Below, one piece after another: positions 8,563 to 17,070 of a stretch of DNA of 64,000 nucleotides (position 1 is the stretch's first letter; the number at the start of each line of letters is the position of its first letter). The stretch comes from Lysobacterales bacterium (lineage in GTDB: Bacteria; Pseudomonadota; Gammaproteobacteria; Xanthomonadales; SZUA-5), in NCBI GenBank assembly GCA_022844165.1, contig JALHMH010000008.1, positions 1 through 64,000 of the forward strand, written 5' to 3'. A program made the position numbers and the translations under genes. Below the pieces are notes generated by a model, which ran no database searches, was not told the DNA's origin, and saw nothing but the letters and a program-made list of their open reading frames with translations.

Positions 8563-10767
8563 ATGGACTCTTCGTTGTTAGTTCTGATCGCTGGCGTTGT
8601 TGTGCTGGTCGTGATGGTGCTGTTCATCGCGGCGCTCGTTGCCAAGTTCTATCGCAAAGTCGAGCAGGGCCACGCGATGATCGTTAATACGATGCGGGCT
8701 GAGCCGGAGGTGACGTTCACCGGGCGTCTGGTGATCCCGGTACTGCACAAAGTGGAAGAGATGGATGTCTCGATGAAGACTATCGAGATTGAGCGCTCAG
8801 GAAAGGAAGGCCTGATCTGTCGAGACAATATGCGCGCCGACATTAAGGTGAAGTTCTTCGTGCGTGTTAACAAAACTGCCGAGGACGTGCTGCGCGTCGC
8901 GCAGGCGATCGGCTGCGAGCGCGCCAGTAACCAGGAAACGTTAGAAGACCTGTTCAGCGCCAAGTTCTCGGAAGCGCTCAAGACCGTGGGCAAAGCGATG
9001 GACTTCGTCGACTTGTACCAGGCGCGAGATCGCTTTCGCGACGAAATTGTCCGCCAGATCGGCGGCGATCTATCGGGTTACGCGCTCGAAGATGCGGCGA
9101 TCGACTACCTGGAGCAAACGCCGCTCGAGAAGCTCGATCCGAACAACATTCTAGACGCCCAGGGCATCAAGAAGATCACCGAGTTGACGGCGGAGGAAAA
9201 CATCCGCACCAACGAGTTCCGTCGCAACGAAGAAATGCGCATCAAGAAGAAAGACGTAGAGACCGCCGAAGCAGTGCTCGAACTCGATCGGCAGAAAGCC
9301 TATGCCGAAGCGCATCAGCAGCGCGAAATCGCGATCACCAAATCGCGCGAGGAAGCTGAAGCCGCCAAAGTTGCCGCCGAGGAGCGCGCCAAGTCGGAGT
9401 TGGCCAGATTGTTAGCCGATCAGCAGATCGCCGTGCAGCAGGAGAATGTCAAGCGCGAGACCGAAGTGGCGCACAACAATCGACTCCGGGCCGTTGCGAT
9501 CGAAGAGGAAAAAGTCACGCGTGCGCGCCAGCTCGAGATCGTCGATCGCGAACGCGAAGTGACCCTGCAGCAGATCGAGAAAGAGAAGGCCGTCGAGGTG
9601 CAAAAGAAAGCGATTGCGGATGTGATCCGCGAGCGCATCGTCGTCGAACGCACCGTGGCCGAGCAGGAAGAAGAAATCAAGAACGTGCGCACGATGTCGG
9701 ATGCCGAACGCACCAGGAAGAGCACGGTGGTATTGGCCGAAGGTCAGGCGCAAGAGAAATTCATCGCCGAGACCCGAGATGCCGAGGCGCAAGAACAACG
9801 CGCGCGGCACAAAGCGAATGAAGAGCAAATTATGGCCGAGGCCAAGCTTGCTGTGGCGCAGAAAATGGCAGAGGCGAAGAAACGCGAGGCCGAAGGCATC
9901 GAAGCGGTCGCGGCGGCGGGCGGCCTGGCGGAAGCCAGGGTGGCGATGGCCAAAGCCGATGCGCATGAGAAGGATGGTTTGGTCGCCGCGAAGGTGCGCG
10001 TGGCCGAAGCCGACGCTCTCTCCAAGTACGGCGATGCCGAGGCGCATGCGCTGCAAGCCAAACTCGAGGCCGAAGCCGCCGGACGCGAAGTCCAGGGCAA
10101 GGCCGAAGCGCACGCGAAAATCGCCGATGCCGACGCCGTCGCCAAGCACGGCGCCGCCGAGGCGCAGGCACTGCAGGCCAGGTTGGAGGCCGAAGCCGCC
10201 GGCAAACTCAAGACCGGCGAAGCCGATGCGTTCGCGATCCGTGCGCGCTTCGAGGCCGAGGCCAAGGGCCTGAGCGAAAAGTTCGATGCGATGAGCAAGA
10301 TGAGCCCGGAGATCCGCGCGCACGAAGAGCAACGCATGCAGCTCGACTACAGCCACGCCCAAGCGCTCAAGGCCATCGACGCCAACGAGCAGATTGCGCG
10401 CGAGCAGGCAGACGTGTTGGGCAAAGCGCTGGGCACGGCCAAGATCGAAATCGTCGGCGGCGACGGCGAGTACTTCGAGCGCTTCATGCGCAGCCTGTCG
10501 ATCGGCAAAGCGATTGACGGCACGATCGGTCAAAGCCAGTTGCTAAGCCAGGCCTTCGCCGATCACAAGTCCGGCAAGCGCGATCTGGTGAACGATGCGA
10601 AGGAGCTGGTGGCCTCGTTGGGTGGGGCTGATGGCGTCAGGGACTTGAGCGTGGCGGCGTTGATGCAGAAGCTGGCGGCGGGCGGCAAGACCAAGGACGT
10701 CGAGACCTTGAAACGCTTGCTGGAAGGCGGGGCACGGGGCACGGGGCATGGGGCACGAGAGGAGTAA
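8563..10767 (+). CDS. Flotillin-like SPFH-domain protein (YqiK/PA3729-like)
   Basis: N-terminal TM, GLICRDNMRADIKVKFFVRVN, NNILDAQGIKKITE, long AE-rich coiled coil. Confidence 0.9.
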   Translation: MDSSLLVLIAGVVVLVVMVLFIAALVAKFYRKVEQGHAMIVNTMRAEPEVTFTGRLVIPVLHKVEEMDVSMKTIEIERSGKEGLICRDNMRADIKVKFFVRVNKTAEDVLRVAQAIGCERASNQETLEDLFSAKFSEALKTVGKAMDFVDLYQARDRFRDEIVRQIGGDLSGYALEDAAIDYLEQTPLEKLDPNNILDAQGIKKITELTAEENIRTNEFRRNEEMRIKKKDVETAEAVLELDRQKAYAEAHQQREIAITKSREEAEAAKVAAEERAKSELARLLADQQIAVQQENVKRETEVAHNNRLRAVAIEEEKVTRARQLEIVDREREVTLQQIEKEKAVEVQKKAIADVIRERIVVERTVAEQEEEIKNVRTMSDAERTRKSTVVLAEGQAQEKFIAETRDAEAQEQRARHKANEEQIMAEAKLAVAQKMAEAKKREAEGIEAVAAAGGLAEARVAMAKADAHEKDGLVAAKVRVAEADALSKYGDAEAHALQAKLEAEAAGREVQGKAEAHAKIADADAVAKHGAAEAQALQARLEAEAAGKLKTGEADAFAIRARFEAEAKGLSEKFDAMSKMSPEIRAHEEQRMQLDYSHAQALKAIDANEQIAREQADVLGKALGTAKIEIVGGDGEYFERFMRSLSIGKAIDGTIGQSQLLSQAFADHKSGKRDLVNDAKELVASLGGADGVRDLSVAALMQKLAAGGKTKDVETLKRLLEGGARGTGHGAREE
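10728..10759 (+). repeat. Heptamer tandem array (GGGGCAC)x4, left arm of an inverted repeat
   Basis: CGGGGCACGGGGCACGGGGCATGGGGCACGAG. Confidence 0.9.
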
Positions 10768-10789
10768 CAGCGCTGAGGAATTGGCCGCT

Positions 10790-11185
10790 GTGGCGATTCA
10801 GAGCTATCGCGATCTCGACGTTTGGCAACGTGGAGTGGACGTCGCTGTACGCATCTACGCCCTGGCGCGACGGTTCCCGAAGGACGAAGTTTATGGGATG
10901 ACATCTCAGACTCGTCGATCCGCGGTGTCGATCCCCTCCAACATTGCGGAAGGACACGCTCGAAGTGGAGCCCGGGAGTTTGCGCAGTTCGTTGCGGTTT
11001 CCTTGGGTTCGCTGGCCGAGCTTGAAACGCAGATCGAAATTGCGGTTCGAGTCGGTTATCTGAAACGCGATGAATCTGATGTTCTGGCAGCCTTGGAATC
11101 CATGTCTCACTTAAGAGCACAGTTACTCAACTTGCGCGCGGCACTGCTACGTCGCATCCAAGCGAGAGCGCGGGAGAAAGCCTGA
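10790..11185 (+). CDS. Four-helix-bundle protein (23S rRNA IVS/TIGR02436, Avd-like fold)
   Basis: SYRDLDVWQ, FPKDEVYGMTSQTRRSAVSIPSNIAEG, GSLAELETQ; GAGGAA RBS before GTG at 10790. Confidence 0.93.
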   Translation: MAIQSYRDLDVWQRGVDVAVRIYALARRFPKDEVYGMTSQTRRSAVSIPSNIAEGHARSGAREFAQFVAVSLGSLAELETQIEIAVRVGYLKRDESDVLAALESMSHLRAQLLNLRAALLRRIQARAREKA

Positions 11186-11277
11186 TGATTGGTTCGAACA
11201 AAGGTGGCGAACTGCACCATCCGTTGAGCATCTCTAGCATCACACTGCTACGTGGGTACTTTATAGCGCCGGAAGTG

Positions 11278-11309
11278 CTCGTGCCCCGTGCCTCGTGCCC
11301 CGTGACCCG
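11278..11309 (-). repeat. Heptamer tandem array (GTGCCCC)x4, right arm of the inverted repeat
   Basis: CTCGTGCCCCGTGCCTCGTGCCCCGTGACCCG; reverse complement matches the left arm at 29/32. Confidence 0.9.
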
Positions 11310-11312
11310 CTC

Positions 11313-14300
11313 ATGAGTACCGCGACGTTTGACCTGCTCCGCAAACGCCTGACTGCAGCTGCCCAGTCGCTACGAGCGAAAGCGGATTCGCTCAACTCCA
11401 AGCGCGTCGAAACCTTTGGCCGAACGGAGTCCAAGTTGCTGGCGCGTCTCTCGGCGCGCACCGAAAACAACTGCGTCGCCCGCGACATCGTTCGCGTAGG
11501 CAATGTGTTGTTGTTCGGCTACTCGGTGACGTTGGGCCTGAAAAAAGAAACCCGCGTCGACGATGTGTTTTGCCTCTACAAGCTCGATAGTGGCGCTGAG
11601 GGCACGGAGTTGACGGCAGTGCCCATGGAAGGCACGTTCCTTTCCGAGCAGCGTTTCGTTGCTGACTTTCGCGAGCTGTATACCTATTACAAGGCCACTG
11701 CGCTCGACCAGTTGCGCGTCGTCGGCGAGAAGCTGCTGCTGATTTTCCGCACTGGCAGCCAGCCCGGCGATAAGCGTGTGTTTCGCTTCGCGATCGAACG
11801 CGGCGGCGCAATCAACTACATCGACAATCGCGGCGAGCGCGATCATGTGCTGCCGGTCCCGCACAGTTTCGAGTGGGTGCCAGTCACGCGCGAACAGCAT
11901 GTGATGGGGCGCTTTCCGCACATCAACATACTCGACACGGTGTTCGTTGAGACCACCGGCGGCGATCTGACGGTCAAAATCGAAAATAACACCGAAACGG
12001 GCCTGGGCATTTTTGCCGAACCCGTCGACGACAAGAATCAGGCATTGGCTGACGCCGACATCGCTTACGCCGATCTGGGCGCGCTGATCGTGCTCAAGAT
12101 CCGTCCGTATCGCGAGAACGTGACACGGCACCTGGTGTTCAATCGGCGCCTCAAACAGGTCGTGCGCATCGACGCGATTGGCGATTCCTGCGTTGAGTTG
12201 CCCGAAGATCATGGCGTCGTTTTCCCAGGTGGGTATTACCTGGAATCGGGTGACACCAAGAACTTTCGCGATCTTGGCCACGATTTTGCTGGCTACCGCC
12301 TGAAGCGCACAGTGCGGGCGCCGAGCGGCGAAGATGTGCTGTATGTGTTCTACGACGAAGCCAGAGGCGACTATGCCTTGCTCGCTTACAATCTGATCGA
12401 TCGTGTGATCGCGCAGCCTTTGTTGGCCAGCGGCTACGCGCGCTTCGACGACGGTCGCATTTTGCTGATCACGCCCGAAGGCGAAGATGCCTCGCGGCTG
12501 CACACAATGCAGTTGTGGCAGACACCATTCGCCTCAGACGAGCATGCCGGCGCGCAACCGAAAGTTGCCGGATTGCTGGGGCGCCTGGGTAACGCGAACG
12601 TCGTCCGCGCCTTGGCGGAACTGCGCGAGCTCAGTCGCCTGGCCGAAGACGCCAACACGCAGGCCTCTTACGATCGCCTGCTGAAACTCGCAGCGCGGTG
12701 CAACGACGCGCATCCTTGGCTGGCGGAATCCGAGGTCGACAAGATCGCCCAGGAAGTGGCGTTGGTCGGACGCAGCGGGCGCGAAGCGCTGGATGCGTTC
12801 GACAAGCTGGAAAAGGCCAAACGCGCGGCGAGCGAGTCATTAGTCGCCGCCACACGGCAGGTCACCGAATTGCTCTCGCGTGTGGCGAGCCTGTTGTGGA
12901 AAACGCCGGACGATTTCACCGATGCAATTCGCTCGCTGAAACGACAGCGCGGCGAGCTGACGGGATTGAAGGAACAGCCGCACATCGATGTGGCGGCAGT
13001 CGGACGCGAGGACGCGCGCGTCACCGACGAATTGACGCGCATTGGCGAACGCGCGCTGAAGTTCTTCTCCGATCCAGCCAGTTTTGCGGCGTTGCGCAAG
13101 GGTTTGAACGAAGCCTCGGCGGCTGTGGACGCGGCAAAAACTACGACCGCTTTGAAACCGGTGGGCGACAAGCTGGATGCGCTGGCGGAGTCGTTGGATG
13201 GTTTGTCGGAACTGATCGCCAGCTTCGAGCAGACCGATGCGCAAGTGCGCGCCTCGCTGCTCGGCCAAACGTCCAATCTGTATGCCGAAGTCAACCGCAT
13301 TCGCGCTGCTGCTCGAGCGCGCCGCGAGGTGTTGCAAGAGCAAGAACAAGGCCTCGAATTCAGCGCGCAGCTGACGGTACTCGAACAATCTCTGACCAAT
13401 CTGCTGGCCAGGTCGGATTCACCCGAGGCGATAGACGAGGCGATGGCGCGCACGCTGGGCACCATCGAGCAACTCGAAGGTCGCTTCGGCGCGCAGCCGC
13501 AGTTTTTGATCGAACTGACCACACGTCGCGAAGCTGCGCTTGAGGCGTTTGCGTCGCGGCGCGATCAGGTCACCGCGCAGCGCGACAAACGCGCACAAGG
13601 ATTGCGCGAGGCCATCACCCGCGTGCTCGATGGCATACCGCGGCGCACCGCCAAGCTGGCGCAAGCGGAAGAGTTGCATGCGTTTTTCGCCGGCGACACG
13701 CTGGTCGAGCGAGCGCAATCGCAGATCAACGAGTTGCGCAGTCTCGGTGCGGCGGTCCAGGCCGACGAGTTAGCTGGACGTTTGCGCAGCCTCAAAGAAT
13801 CCGGTTTGCGCGATTTGCGCGATCGCCTCGAGCTTGGCACAGGAGAATCACTGGCGCTCGGTCGCCACCGCTTTACTATCGAACGACGTCCGCTCGATCT
13901 GGCGCTGCTGCACGACGAGCGCGGGCTGCATTTGCAGCTGACCGGCACCGATTATCGTGTGTCGTTGGCCGAGCCTGGCGCTGAGCAGTTCCAGTCGGTT
14001 TGGGGACAGATGCTGCCGAACGAAACGCCGGACGTGTATCGCGCAGAGTTCTTGGCCTGGCGCGTCTGGCGTCTTGCCAGCGGCGGCGAGCAAGCGGCAC
14101 AAGCAGCACTCAAGGCAGAAAACGCCGAGGCCTTACTGGACTACGTTGCGAGCGTCGCGCAGACGTATCCCGCCGAGGACTATCAGCGCGGCGTGCACGA
14201 CAGCGATGCCGCGAAAATTGTTGCCATGTTGGCTCGCATCGCAGAGCAGGCGGGAGAACTGCGTTGGCCGGCCGCACAGCGCGTGTTGGCGCAAGCGTGG

Positions 14301-16538
14301 TTCGCGACGCTCGATGGCGTGGGGCAGGACGCGGTGAAAGCGCTAGCGAATGGCTTATCGTGGTTCTTGACCAAGGGCGCCATGCCACTGCCACCGTCGT
14401 GGGCCGATGGCCTGGCTGCTGTGGCAAAGGCGCTGGCGCTGCCACACGACCCGGCCAGCCAGGAGGGTGCAGCACGCCATATTGCCGCCAGCCTCGCCAG
14501 CGCCACACATGCTTTTGCGGCCAGTGGTGCGGCACTCGATCTCGCCGACGCGGTTGCGCGCGAGGTGCCGCGGACCGCGCTTGCGGCGCTGGAGGCGCCG
14601 TTGTCACTCGCCGAACGCTGGCAGCTTGCGTCCGCCTGGTGTGCCTCGCTGCAACGCGAGGCTCCGGCATCGGTGGTGTGCGAGGCGGCGGCTATCGTGG
14701 CCTTTCCGCAGCTCCAGCGCGAGCGTGTGAACGTCGAGTTGCATACCGTGATCAAGGAGTTGCGGGGTGAGCATCCGCGCCTCCATCAAGGTGCGCTGAA
14801 GCTGGATTTCGCGGAATTCTTGACGCGCCTGGCGATGCACGAGCAGACGATAGCGCCGGCTTGGCATGGATTTGCTGGGCTGCGCCATGGGCTGAGCGAA
14901 CGCGAGCGCAAACGACTAGGCCTGGATCGTTTCTTCGCCAAGCCGCTCGCGGGTTTCGTGCGTAACCGGCTCATCGACGAGGTCTATCTGCCGCTGATTG
15001 GCAACAATCTGGCCAAACAAATCGGCACGCTCGGCGACAACCGTTCCGATCGTTCCGGGCTGCTGCTGTTGATCTCGCCGCCCGGCTACGGAAAAACGAC
15101 CTTGATGGAATACATCGCCGATCGCCTCGGCATGATTTTCGTCCGCGTGAATGGGCCAACCATCGGCCATGAAACGACCGCGCTCGATCCCGCAAGTGCG
15201 CCACACCGTGGCGCTGCAGATGAGTTGGTGAAGTTGAATCTGGGCCTGGCGATGGGCGTCAACGTGATGCTGTATGTTGACGATATCCAGCACTGTTCCC
15301 CGGAATTCCTGCAGAAGTTTATTTCCCTGGCCGACGGCACTCGCCGCGTCGATGCCGTGATCGATGGCGTTGCGCGCACGATCGATTTGCGCGGCAAACG
15401 ATTTGCACTGGTTATGGCGGGCAATCCGTACACCGAAACGGGCGACGTATTTCGCATTCCGGACATGCTCGCCAACCGCGCCGATGTCTATAACCTGGGC
15501 GATGTTCTGAGTGGTCGCGAAGCGCTGTTCGCGGACAGCTACATCGAAAACGCGCTCACCGCCAACCCGCTCGCTGCACCACTGGCCGAGCGTCCACGTA
15601 ACGACATTTTGAGCGTTTTGCGTATTGCGCGCGGCGACGACGAAACGCCACCGGCTGGATTGCCGGGCGGTTTGGAACTGATCGAACTGGTGAAACGCAT
15701 GGTTGCCGTGCGCGATGTCTTGAGCCGCGTCAATTCGGCCTATGTGGCGAGTGCTGCGCAGGACGATGCCTATCGCACCGAGCCGCCGTTCAAGCTGCAG
15801 GGCAGCTACCGCAACATGGTCAAGCTCACTGCGCAATTGTCGCCGCTGATGACCGAGCAGGAACTGGATTCGCTGATCCGCGATCATTACCGTGGCGAGG
15901 CGCAGACGTTGGGCGCTCGCGCCGAAGAGAATCTGCTGAAGCTCGCGCATTTGATCGGCCAGCCATCGGATGACGAAAAAGCGCGTTGGAGGACTGTGGT
16001 CGATGACTTCCAGCGCCTGATGAAGCAAGGCGGCAAAGACGCAGATGGCGCGACTCGCACCGCGCAAGTGCTTGGCGGGATTGCTCATGCTCTGGACAAG
16101 CAGAATGCACAAACCGCAACCGCCGCCCAGCGCGCCGCCGATGGTCTGGCGAGCATCGCTGCGCAGTTGCAGCAACAACACGCCGGCGCTGGCAGCGCAG
16201 CGCAGTCGTTGGAAAAGGCGATCGAAAAACAGGCAACGGCGATTGCGCAGCAACTGGAGCGGCAAACAGTGCAAGCGGGCAGCAACCGCAAAGCACTCGA
16301 TGCACTGCAAAGCCTGAGTGCGATTCGCGATGCACTGGCACGCGAGCCCAAACTGGACGTGCCCGAATCCCTGGTCGTTGCGCTGGCGCGTATGGCCAAA
16401 GCCTACGAAGATACGCTGGTACCGATCGTCTCCGCGCTGCATCACAAAACCACGCTGGATCACGATATCTGGGAGCAGGTCAGGGCAGTGCGGGCAGAAG
16501 TCGATGCGATGATGAAGCGGATCGGTAGATCGAAGTAG
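11313..16538 (+). CDS. Large coiled-coil AAA+ ATPase (DUF3686, 'DNA repair ATPase', PA3728-like)
   Basis: TENNCVARDIV, Walker A SPPGYGKTT, Walker B LYVDDIQH, RTEPPFKLQGSYRNM. Confidence 0.9.
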   Translation: MSTATFDLLRKRLTAAAQSLRAKADSLNSKRVETFGRTESKLLARLSARTENNCVARDIVRVGNVLLFGYSVTLGLKKETRVDDVFCLYKLDSGAEGTELTAVPMEGTFLSEQRFVADFRELYTYYKATALDQLRVVGEKLLLIFRTGSQPGDKRVFRFAIERGGAINYIDNRGERDHVLPVPHSFEWVPVTREQHVMGRFPHINILDTVFVETTGGDLTVKIENNTETGLGIFAEPVDDKNQALADADIAYADLGALIVLKIRPYRENVTRHLVFNRRLKQVVRIDAIGDSCVELPEDHGVVFPGGYYLESGDTKNFRDLGHDFAGYRLKRTVRAPSGEDVLYVFYDEARGDYALLAYNLIDRVIAQPLLASGYARFDDGRILLITPEGEDASRLHTMQLWQTPFASDEHAGAQPKVAGLLGRLGNANVVRALAELRELSRLAEDANTQASYDRLLKLAARCNDAHPWLAESEVDKIAQEVALVGRSGREALDAFDKLEKAKRAASESLVAATRQVTELLSRVASLLWKTPDDFTDAIRSLKRQRGELTGLKEQPHIDVAAVGREDARVTDELTRIGERALKFFSDPASFAALRKGLNEASAAVDAAKTTTALKPVGDKLDALAESLDGLSELIASFEQTDAQVRASLLGQTSNLYAEVNRIRAAARARREVLQEQEQGLEFSAQLTVLEQSLTNLLARSDSPEAIDEAMARTLGTIEQLEGRFGAQPQFLIELTTRREAALEAFASRRDQVTAQRDKRAQGLREAITRVLDGIPRRTAKLAQAEELHAFFAGDTLVERAQSQINELRSLGAAVQADELAGRLRSLKESGLRDLRDRLELGTGESLALGRHRFTIERRPLDLALLHDERGLHLQLTGTDYRVSLAEPGAEQFQSVWGQMLPNETPDVYRAEFLAWRVWRLASGGEQAAQAALKAENAEALLDYVASVAQTYPAEDYQRGVHDSDAAKIVAMLARIAEQAGELRWPAAQRVLAQAWFATLDGVGQDAVKALANGLSWFLTKGAMPLPPSWADGLAAVAKALALPHDPASQEGAARHIAASLASATHAFAASGAALDLADAVAREVPRTALAALEAPLSLAERWQLASAWCASLQREAPASVVCEAAAIVAFPQLQRERVNVELHTVIKELRGEHPRLHQGALKLDFAEFLTRLAMHEQTIAPAWHGFAGLRHGLSERERKRLGLDRFFAKPLAGFVRNRLIDEVYLPLIGNNLAKQIGTLGDNRSDRSGLLLLISPPGYGKTTLMEYIADRLGMIFVRVNGPTIGHETTALDPASAPHRGAADELVKLNLGLAMGVNVMLYVDDIQHCSPEFLQKFISLADGTRRVDAVIDGVARTIDLRGKRFALVMAGNPYTETGDVFRIPDMLANRADVYNLGDVLSGREALFADSYIENALTANPLAAPLAERPRNDILSVLRIARGDDETPPAGLPGGLELIELVKRMVAVRDVLSRVNSAYVASAAQDDAYRTEPPFKLQGSYRNMVKLTAQLSPLMTEQELDSLIRDHYRGEAQTLGARAEENLLKLAHLIGQPSDDEKARWRTVVDDFQRLMKQGGKDADGATRTAQVLGGIAHALDKQNAQTATAAQRAADGLASIAAQLQQQHAGAGSAAQSLEKAIEKQATAIAQQLERQTVQAGSNRKALDALQSLSAIRDALAREPKLDVPESLVVALARMAKAYEDTLVPIVSALHHKTTLDHDIWEQVRAVRAEVDAMMKRIGRSK

Positions 16539-16606
16539 TTGGGCTTGCACCGATTTCGACGCTGCTCAAATACCATGGTCTTCCAATTCATGGGATAGCG
16601 TGCGCA

Positions 16607-17023
16607 GTGATGGATTTTGTCAACCGTGGACACATCGAATATTCAGGCGGCTGCCACTGTGGGGCAGTGCGCTTTCGGTTCATGGCCGGCGAGGTCCTGG
16701 ATGTGCTGCGCTGCAATTGTTCGATTTGCGCGCGCACGGGTTATTTGCACGTTACCGTGCCACATGCAGCCTTCGAGTTGCTCAGTGACCACTCCACGTT
16801 GGCCGAATATCGCTTCGGTACGCGCCGCGCCGCACATTGGTTTTGCCGGGTCTGCGGCATCAAGAGTTTTTACCAACCGCGCTCGCATCCTGACTGTTTC
16901 AGCATTCACCTGGGCTGCGTCGACAGCGACCCGTCTGCGCGCATCGTCGACTTCGATGGTCGGCATTGGGAACAATCGAGCGCCGCGCTCGGCGGCGCGG
17001 TCTTTGATGCAGCATTCGAGTAG
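16607..17023 (+). CDS. GFA/CENP-V family Zn-binding protein
   Basis: GGCHCGAVRF, CNCSIC, FCRVCGIKSFYQPRSHP. Confidence 0.92.
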   Translation: MMDFVNRGHIEYSGGCHCGAVRFRFMAGEVLDVLRCNCSICARTGYLHVTVPHAAFELLSDHSTLAEYRFGTRRAAHWFCRVCGIKSFYQPRSHPDCFSIHLGCVDSDPSARIVDFDGRHWEQSSAALGGAVFDAAFE

Positions 17024-17070
17024 CCCGCGCGCAGTCGATTCGATCGCCCCAAACTCGCTATCGTTCCGCC

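Noticed and set aside
10790-11185. Diversity-generating retroelement (Avd-like gene)
   Set aside because: No reverse transcriptase and no TR/VR repeat pair seen in the window
14916-16550. Long antisense ORFs (also 37444-39042, 54011-55429, 28091-29587)
   Set aside because: Shadows of well-supported genes on the opposite strand, with no recognisable motifs
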